A DNA stretch of 64,000 nt, from contig JBIIPZ010000009.1 of the NCBI GenBank assembly GCA_044342325.1, forward strand, positions 1 through 64,000. The letters run 5' to 3'. The DNA comes from Terrimicrobiaceae bacterium (GTDB lineage Bacteria > Verrucomicrobiota > Verrucomicrobiia > Chthoniobacterales > Terrimicrobiaceae). Made by a program: the position numbers and the translations under genes. This document shows positions 57,792-64,000 of this stretch, one piece after another; within the stretch, counting starts at the first letter, position 1, and the number at the start of each line of letters is the position of its first letter. The notes below the pieces were generated by a model. That model was not told where the DNA came from. It searched no databases and worked only from the letters and a program-made list of their open reading frames with translations.

Positions 57792-59159
57792 ATGAACAGT
57801 TCCCGACGCAATCTTCGTATCGGCCTCATGGAGGGTCTACTGACAACTCCCTATACGGTTGTTACCATACCCGGCGGGTTTCTTCTTGCAGCCTTGCTGA
57901 CACAATGGTTCGCGGTCGAAAAATCCGCCTTTGGCTGGATTGTCTCCCTACCATCGTGGGCCAATGCCCTCCAAGCCTTGGCGCTCCCCCTCATTGCCCG
58001 GTTGATGACTCCCAAAGACATGGCACTGGGCATGGGATGGTTCAACGTCGGCCTGTGGGCCATGCTTGTGGCATCGCTCGGTTTCCTTCCAAAGCAGGAC
58101 GGCGCCTCGACCGCCTTCTTTTTTGGAATCTTCTTTTCCATGGCCAGCGTGAGCAGTGCATTTCAGGTGGTCGGCTGGACCGACTGGGTGCGCCAGTGGG
58201 TTCCCAAAAAACTTCGAGGTGCCTACTTCGGCAAACGCAACTCTTGGATCAGCGGTGCCACCTTCGGGTTTCTGCTACTCGTCACCAGCTTCCTCGAGAT
58301 CCTCAACGATTCCCTCTCGCCCTATGTTTGGATTTTAGCCCTGATGGTCGCATTGCGCTGCGCGAGCATCCTTTTACAGCATGGCATCCACGCAGGCAGC
58401 AATACCAAACTCGAGACCCAGCCGCTTAGGAAATCACTCAAGGAGTGCCTCGCCACGCCCGGACTCGGCTGGTTCATTTTCTTCTCGGCATGGATGAACT
58501 TCTGGATGTCCTTCACCGGCCCCTTCACCGCTGTGTTCAGCTTCGAGGAACTCAAGTTTGCCCCCGGCAATTTCGCGCTCCTCACCGCTGTGGGCACTGT
58601 CAGCGGTTTTTTCGGCTGGATGTTCTGGGGGCGCGTCGCTGATAAGGCTGGGGCGATTCCGGTGATTGCTGTCGGCAGCTTTCTGTGGGAAATCCAAAAT
58701 TTCCTCTGGGCTTTTCTCAACCCTGACAACTCCTGGATACTATATCCCATGTTCATCTGGGGCGGTTTTTTCTCCGTCTCGTTTTTTATGGGCAGCTTCA
58801 ACCTGCTGCTGAACATTGCGCCACAAAAAAGCAGCATGGCAGCGATCAGCCTGCACCTAGCATTTACCTCCATCGCCATGGCAGTGGCACCGATTCTTTC
58901 GGGATATTTGATCGAGCAATTCGTCACACAGCAGGGCGGCGGGATTGGCATCTACCACCTTGGCTTTGCTATCAAGTCCGCCGCATTCCTCCTCGGCCTG
59001 CTCATCCTGATTCCCATCCGCGAACCCGGCCGCACCACGCGCCGATCCTTGCCCGGCGCTTTCCGCGTCGTCCGTCAAGCCATGGCTACGCAAGGGCTTG
59101 AACTCTTTGCCAACCTCACCCCGTTCCGAAGCCATTCAAAAATTAAGAAACGCCCCTAA
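57792..59159 (+). CDS. MFS transporter
   Basis: About 12 TM segments; VPKKLRGAYFGKR and WGRVADKAG (MFS motif A-like). Start ATG 57792. Confidence 0.88.
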   Translation: MNSSRRNLRIGLMEGLLTTPYTVVTIPGGFLLAALLTQWFAVEKSAFGWIVSLPSWANALQALALPLIARLMTPKDMALGMGWFNVGLWAMLVASLGFLPKQDGASTAFFFGIFFSMASVSSAFQVVGWTDWVRQWVPKKLRGAYFGKRNSWISGATFGFLLLVTSFLEILNDSLSPYVWILALMVALRCASILLQHGIHAGSNTKLETQPLRKSLKECLATPGLGWFIFFSAWMNFWMSFTGPFTAVFSFEELKFAPGNFALLTAVGTVSGFFGWMFWGRVADKAGAIPVIAVGSFLWEIQNFLWAFLNPDNSWILYPMFIWGGFFSVSFFMGSFNLLLNIAPQKSSMAAISLHLAFTSIAMAVAPILSGYLIEQFVTQQGGGIGIYHLGFAIKSAAFLLGLLILIPIREPGRTTRRSLPGAFRVVRQAMATQGLELFANLTPFRSHSKIKKRP

Positions 59160-59261
59160 ACCCACATAGCACCGCCCTTGCCCAAGGCGAGGCGGAGCAG
59201 CAAAATCAAAGGCTCGAAAAAATCAGAACCCATTTCTCTGCTGAATTCGCTGCCTTCACCC

Positions 59262-61364
59262 TCAAGCCATGGGTTCCAAAATCCGGAGCCCGCAGCGCGG
59301 CAAGGTTATAGTGCCTTGGAGGGCTTGCCCATCCGGCAGTCCCTTCCCAGCTTGATCCAATCCTACTGTTGCAGGCGCCTCGCCGAAATTCATCAGGAAC
59401 ACGACATCGCCGCCTGAGGCCTTGCGCCGCGTCGCATAAACCCCCGGCGGGAGTTCCTCAGGCAGGATGCGAGGGATATTTTGCTCATCCAGAAGACTGG
59501 AAAAAAGCGCCCGCAGCGTCCGCAATGGGAAACGACCGCCGAGGTAGATTGCCTGGCCCTTACCGCAGCGATTCACGGTGACGGCCGGCTGCCCCGCAAA
59601 AATCCCGCTGGTGAAAGTCGCCCAAGCCGTCGCTCCTTCAAGGTGGATGGATTCCGCAAATTGCCGGACCTCGACTACCTCGCCATCCGGCAAGCGTGCG
59701 CCTACCGACTGGTGTTCTTGCATCGAAGTAACTTCTTCCACCCAGATGCCCATGAGCGGGCGAAGCGGCCCCGGTAGACCGCCTAGGTGGCAAAGCCCAT
59801 TCGGCCCCACCGCGCCGCTCCAGTAGGTCGTGACAAAGGTTCCTCCCGCCTCGACAAACTCCGCCACGCGACGGGCATTTTCCTCGCGCACGAGATACCA
59901 CATCGGCGCGACGATCAGTTTTTTCCCCTCCCACCAGGTTCCATCCGGCGGCACGAAATCCACTGCGACCCGGTTCTCCACCAACGCACGGTAGTAGGGC
60001 ATGAAGGCCCGCTTGTAGCCGGCCGGTTTGTTGTGGAAGAGATCGTTCAGAATCCCATTGTCTTCGGTCAGCGCATACATCGCCTCCCAGTCGTGCAGGA
60101 TAGCCACTTGGGCATCGACCCTCATCTCAGCCACGTCGGCGAGCGATTCGAGAAGAGTTCCGATCTCGGCCACTTCGCGAAAGGTGCGGGTGTTTTCGTG
60201 GCCGCAATGATCCACAACCGCGCCATGGTATTTCTCATAGTTCCCACGGCTTTTTCTCCACTGGAAATACTGCACCGAGCGAGCGCCATGGGCCACGGCC
60301 TGCATCGCCGAGAGCAATGCGAGTCCTTGCTCCTTCTGCGGCGAGGCCATGTGCCAATTCGCCGATCCCGGCGTGCTCTCCATCATCAAAAACGGCATCC
60401 CGCCCTTGAGGGAACGCATCATGTCAAAATCGAACGCCGCCTCCATGGCCACGAAGTAGTCACTCGTCGGAGGGAGGCCCAGGCCGTCCTCCTCTGCGGG
60501 ATTCGGAGCGACCAGCGAGTAGAAGCCTTGGCGCGGGTCGTGGTGCCAGAAGGGATAGTTGTCGAACGCCACCACATCGAGATGCCGGGAGAACTCCCAC
60601 AGATCATACAGCTCACGGTGGTAGTTCGTCGTTACCGGAGTTTCAGGCGTGATCCGCCGCAGCGGCGCGGCCTCGGCTTGGTAACAATCAAGCGTCTGGT
60701 AGTTGATGAAGAGGCGCCAATCCAGCGCCAGCGCGTTGAAAGTATTCTGCCCATGGTCGCACGGCGGTTCGATCTGCGACCAGTCGCTGAATCGCAGGCT
60801 CCAGAAATCGGCCCACCACGCCGTATTGAGCGCGTCGAGCGTCCCGTAGCGCGCCTTCAGCCATCCGCGAAACGCCTCCGCACAGAGCGGGCAGAAACAC
60901 TCACCTCCGTATTCATTGTTCACATGCCAGAGGATCAGCGCCGGATGCCTCCCGTAGCGCTCCGCGAGCTTGGCATTGATGATCCCGCATTTTTCACGGA
61001 AGACCGGCGAGGTCAGGCAGTGGTTGTGCCGATGTCCAAAAAGGTTCCTAACCCGGTTTTTGCCCATACGCAGCACCTCGGGATACTTCTGCGCCATCCA
61101 CGCCGGACGCGCTCCGCCGGGCGTAGCCAGGATAGCGCTCTGCCCGACCGCATGCAGCCGATCGAAAACCTCGTCCAGCCAGTCAAACTCGAATTTCCCT
61201 TCCTCCGGCTCCAGCGCACTCCAGGAAAAAATCCCGATCGACATCACATTCGTATGCGCCAGCGGCATCAACCGGTAGTCCTCGGCGAGGATTTCCGGAT
61301 AAGCCAGCCATTGGTCGGGATTGTAGTCGGCTCCGTGAAGGAAGCCCATAGGTAGGTTTTTCAT
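59262..61364 (-). CDS. GH42 beta-galactosidase
   Basis: GADYNPDQW, GIFSWSALEPEEG, WHVNNEY (acid/base), FLMMESTP (nucleophile), YFQWR, EKYHG. Confidence 0.96.
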   Translation of the reverse strand: MKNLPMGFLHGADYNPDQWLAYPEILAEDYRLMPLAHTNVMSIGIFSWSALEPEEGKFEFDWLDEVFDRLHAVGQSAILATPGGARPAWMAQKYPEVLRMGKNRVRNLFGHRHNHCLTSPVFREKCGIINAKLAERYGRHPALILWHVNNEYGGECFCPLCAEAFRGWLKARYGTLDALNTAWWADFWSLRFSDWSQIEPPCDHGQNTFNALALDWRLFINYQTLDCYQAEAAPLRRITPETPVTTNYHRELYDLWEFSRHLDVVAFDNYPFWHHDPRQGFYSLVAPNPAEEDGLGLPPTSDYFVAMEAAFDFDMMRSLKGGMPFLMMESTPGSANWHMASPQKEQGLALLSAMQAVAHGARSVQYFQWRKSRGNYEKYHGAVVDHCGHENTRTFREVAEIGTLLESLADVAEMRVDAQVAILHDWEAMYALTEDNGILNDLFHNKPAGYKRAFMPYYRALVENRVAVDFVPPDGTWWEGKKLIVAPMWYLVREENARRVAEFVEAGGTFVTTYWSGAVGPNGLCHLGGLPGPLRPLMGIWVEEVTSMQEHQSVGARLPDGEVVEVRQFAESIHLEGATAWATFTSGIFAGQPAVTVNRCGKGQAIYLGGRFPLRTLRALFSSLLDEQNIPRILPEELPPGVYATRRKASGGDVVFLMNFGEAPATVGLDQAGKGLPDGQALQGTITLPRCGLRILEPMA

Positions 61365-61438
61365 CTTAAAAATTTCGGCAGATCATGATGTTCGCAATGA
61401 GCACACAAAAAGCCGCTGCCCACGCTGAAGCGCATGTC

Positions 61439-62323
61439 CTATTTTTGATTTTGTCGATTTCGGATTTTGGGAGCGCTGGGAGGGCGGGTGAGTTCGGAAT
61501 TTTTTTGTTCAAATGCCACGATTTCATTTTTGATGTCTTCGGGGACGACGGCCCTGAGATCAGGGGATTTGTCGTAGGAGTAGGTATAAATGAAATCGAT
61601 ATCCTCGAAACGAACCGGCAGACCGGACTCGGGATTGAGATAGAGCAACAAGATGCCGGTGGAGGTTGGTTGTGGGGATGGCAATGCTTCTCCCGACTGG
61701 CCAATGGCTTGACGCATTTCCGCCAGATCGCGCAGCTGACGCTTGGTTAAAGGCTTCTTCGCGGCATCCATCCTGATAACAAGCCATTTTTTGCCTTCGA
61801 TGTCTTGAAGTTCCGGAGTCTGACCGATAGCCCAGTAGAGTTCTGGAAAATCGCTTTCCTCAAGGTTCCAAGCCCGATTTTGCGAGGAGAGGAGGCGCGA
61901 GATTTGGGCCTGTCCTTTGTATTTGAAATGTTGGTATTGGGAAATAATCCACCAATCCTCTTCCGTCTGGTCGCTATAGCGATTCTGCACGCGATAAATC
62001 CCCCGGTCTTTAGTTCCAATGGATTGCACGAGCGATATCGCTGATGGCTTTTTTGCATCCGGAGCTGCATTCTCTTTTGATTTAGCAGCGGTGCTGGAGC
62101 GGGCATTTGGCTTGGGTGCGATAGAAACAGTCCACTGGGTTTTATCGGGAGCGCGTAGTTCTTTTAAAGGTTCGACGGTGTTGGCCGCCCATAGACTGCT
62201 TGCGCATGCAAAAAATGCACAATGCAGAATGAGAAAATCATACGCTCCATTTTTTTGCGGGACAGATGGAGAGTTTGCATCACACTTGAAAAGCCCAACG
62301 AGGCTGAGAAAGCGTTTTTTCAT
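61439..62323 (-). CDS. Hypothetical protein, probably exported, downstream of the Verru_Chthon-like gene
   Basis: 294-aa ORF from ATG 62323, 10 nt after the upstream stop; signal-like FFACASSLWA; motifs DFPELYW and ESGLPVRF. Confidence 0.65.
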   Translation of the reverse strand: MKKRFLSLVGLFKCDANSPSVPQKNGAYDFLILHCAFFACASSLWAANTVEPLKELRAPDKTQWTVSIAPKPNARSSTAAKSKENAAPDAKKPSAISLVQSIGTKDRGIYRVQNRYSDQTEEDWWIISQYQHFKYKGQAQISRLLSSQNRAWNLEESDFPELYWAIGQTPELQDIEGKKWLVIRMDAAKKPLTKRQLRDLAEMRQAIGQSGEALPSPQPTSTGILLLYLNPESGLPVRFEDIDFIYTYSYDKSPDLRAVVPEDIKNEIVAFEQKNSELTRPPSAPKIRNRQNQK

Positions 62324-62333
62324 AAGGCACGTA

Positions 62334-63998
62334 TTAGTTGCTAATATTTTCTGTAGTTCGGGCCACGACGCGGGCCGTGAAGCGATCGATCGCCACGCAC
62401 TCCCAGACACGCGACTCGCCTTGGGGAATGAATTGCCCATTCATCACCGTGCCGCTCTGGGCAACGACATCGATCAAAAAATTCCATGTCCTGACCGTTC
62501 CCAAATCGGCAAGCGAGGCCACGATTGTGTCACGGTTTCTCTGCAGGGGTTGTTGAGCACTCGCCAGCTTCGAGGCCATTTTCTCGGCAGGCCCCGCGAA
62601 AGTGGTGCCGACCACCCAGCGCCCGACGATTTCGGATCTGTCACTGAGCGTGGAATTTCCCGAGATAAAATTGCTGAATTCCAGAGCCATATTACCGGCG
62701 GTCGCGGCATCAATAGTAGAAGTGCCATCCACCAAACCGGCACCTTGGAGCAGGGCCGACAACACAGGCCGGGAAACCATATTGAGATTGACCCGTCCAC
62801 CCACCAGATTGTCCGATGGTGCCTCCTCCAGCGTGAAGAGATCCAGCAAAACCCGATCACCACTTTCGGGTGTCATGAAGTCCAAATTTCTCCACGGCGT
62901 TCCACGAAAGACATTCCCGAGTTCGGCGATTGATCGGAACGGGCGATTTAAAACAATAGGACGGCTGGCCGAGTTGTAGGTTGGGTTGTAGGAAGCTGAT
63001 GTGTTAGAGGAATTCATTGCCCATCCAGCCGATGAATTGTCAGTCGCATAGGCCGCTACCCCCCGGCGCGAAACCCCATCCGGATCCGTGTAGCGAAAGG
63101 GATCTGAAGCCACCGAGTTTCGCTGTAAACGACCGGGGGCGGCGGCAGGCCCGCCCCCAGTCCAACCTCCCGCAAGAGTTGCGCTTGGACTGGTAAGATC
63201 AGGATATTTAGTGAGATGTGAATAGGTATTTGGCGTTGGATTTGAGGTGATTGAGAAATTTCTAAATTGATAAGGGACGAGATAGGCATTATTGGGTGTG
63301 ATTGTTGCGTTGGCATTGCCTTGAGCCCATAGATAAAAAGAACCCCACCGATCAGTCCGCGGATCAACGCGAGTGGCCATATATGCTTCTTGACCGTAGT
63401 TTCTACCTATTGGGCTTACAGATAGCTGTTGTTTGTCGATCGTCCACCAGTTACCTCCTTGGCCATATTGAAGCTCGAGACTCAATGGCCCGCCCGTGGC
63501 GCGATGATATCCACCCCAACTGGCTCCTCCAAGTTGCCCCGGCATGTATCCAACAACAAAGCCAATGGCTTGCGCTGTTCCAGCGGGAATAGAAGCTCCT
63601 GGGGCACTACTAATATCAATGACAGGATTGTTTTGGTTCTGAGAAAAGTAAACATCCACAATGGTATCTGGCTGATTTGGAGCCTTGGCGTCACTCACTG
63701 ACATGTCAGCAGGGTTCGGAGAACCTGTGGAGTTACTTCCAACCGGATAGCCCACCTTGGATAGATAAGTGGGTTCCCTGAAAAGCGTGGAATTTCCCAG
63801 CGAAAAGGAAATTTGCTGACTCCCATTATACGTAATATTTTGGGCGCAATTCGGTCCTCCGATGTTGGCAGCCCCAGGCCCATTATTACTTAAATTAGAA
63901 TAATATATTGATGTCTGATTATTTGTGATTGGATCCCAAAACCGATTGCCCTCGACACCAAGATCCGCATGTGATTTGGCAGTAATTCGAAAACTTAC
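62334..63998 (-). CDS. Verru_Chthon cassette protein A-like (PilX/pilus-tip-like), C-terminal part; 5' end outside the window
   Basis: Frame is open from the window edge (VSFRITAK...FREPTYLSKVGY...). C-terminal RPIVLNRPFRSIAELG..FR..PW..LDF, GRVNLN, RTWNFLIDVVAQSG, GESRVW..AIDRFT motifs recalled from Verrucomicrobia cassette-A-like proteins. Confidence 0.7.
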   Translation of the reverse strand, partial: VSFRITAKSHADLGVEGNRFWDPITNNQTSIYYSNLSNNGPGAANIGGPNCAQNITYNGSQQISFSLGNSTLFREPTYLSKVGYPVGSNSTGSPNPADMSVSDAKAPNQPDTIVDVYFSQNQNNPVIDISSAPGASIPAGTAQAIGFVVGYMPGQLGGASWGGYHRATGGPLSLELQYGQGGNWWTIDKQQLSVSPIGRNYGQEAYMATRVDPRTDRWGSFYLWAQGNANATITPNNAYLVPYQFRNFSITSNPTPNTYSHLTKYPDLTSPSATLAGGWTGGGPAAAPGRLQRNSVASDPFRYTDPDGVSRRGVAAYATDNSSAGWAMNSSNTSASYNPTYNSASRPIVLNRPFRSIAELGNVFRGTPWRNLDFMTPESGDRVLLDLFTLEEAPSDNLVGGRVNLNMVSRPVLSALLQGAGLVDGTSTIDAATAGNMALEFSNFISGNSTLSDRSEIVGRWVVGTTFAGPAEKMASKLASAQQPLQRNRDTIVASLADLGTVRTWNFLIDVVAQSGTVMNGQFIPQGESRVWECVAIDRFTARVVARTTENISN

Positions 63999-64000
63999 TG

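Overview
A 64 kb bacterial window, most likely Verrucomicrobiota (inferred from a Verru_Chthon-cassette-like gene, a sulfatase-rich locus and no susC/susD pair). The first 7.6 kb is housekeeping: HAD hydrolase, small conserved protein, outer-membrane beta-barrel, pyc, an AbrB/MazE-Doc toxin-antitoxin pair and rhaA. From 7.6 to 9.5 kb there is a scar zone with a broken rhaT, an IS3 remnant, an orphan 5' half of tRNA-Lys(CTT) and an IS256 remnant. From 9.5 to 61.4 kb is a ~52 kb locus that appears to degrade a sulfated, O-acetylated glycan: six Cys-type sulfatases, two esterases, GH38, GH42, GH43 (in-frame TAG), two (alpha/alpha)6 hydrolase-like proteins, SSS and MFS transporters, and AraC and LacI regulators. 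Its most striking element is five paralogous, signal-peptide-bearing 1130-1240 aa proteins that I cannot assign to a named family. They fall into two subtypes, are translationally coupled to two matching sulfatase subtypes, sit in two convergent arms, and carry invariant glutamate motifs consistent with an undescribed retaining glycoside hydrolase family (inference). The window ends in the 3' part of a Verru_Chthon cassette protein A-like gene. All family calls come from motif recognition; no database search was run.
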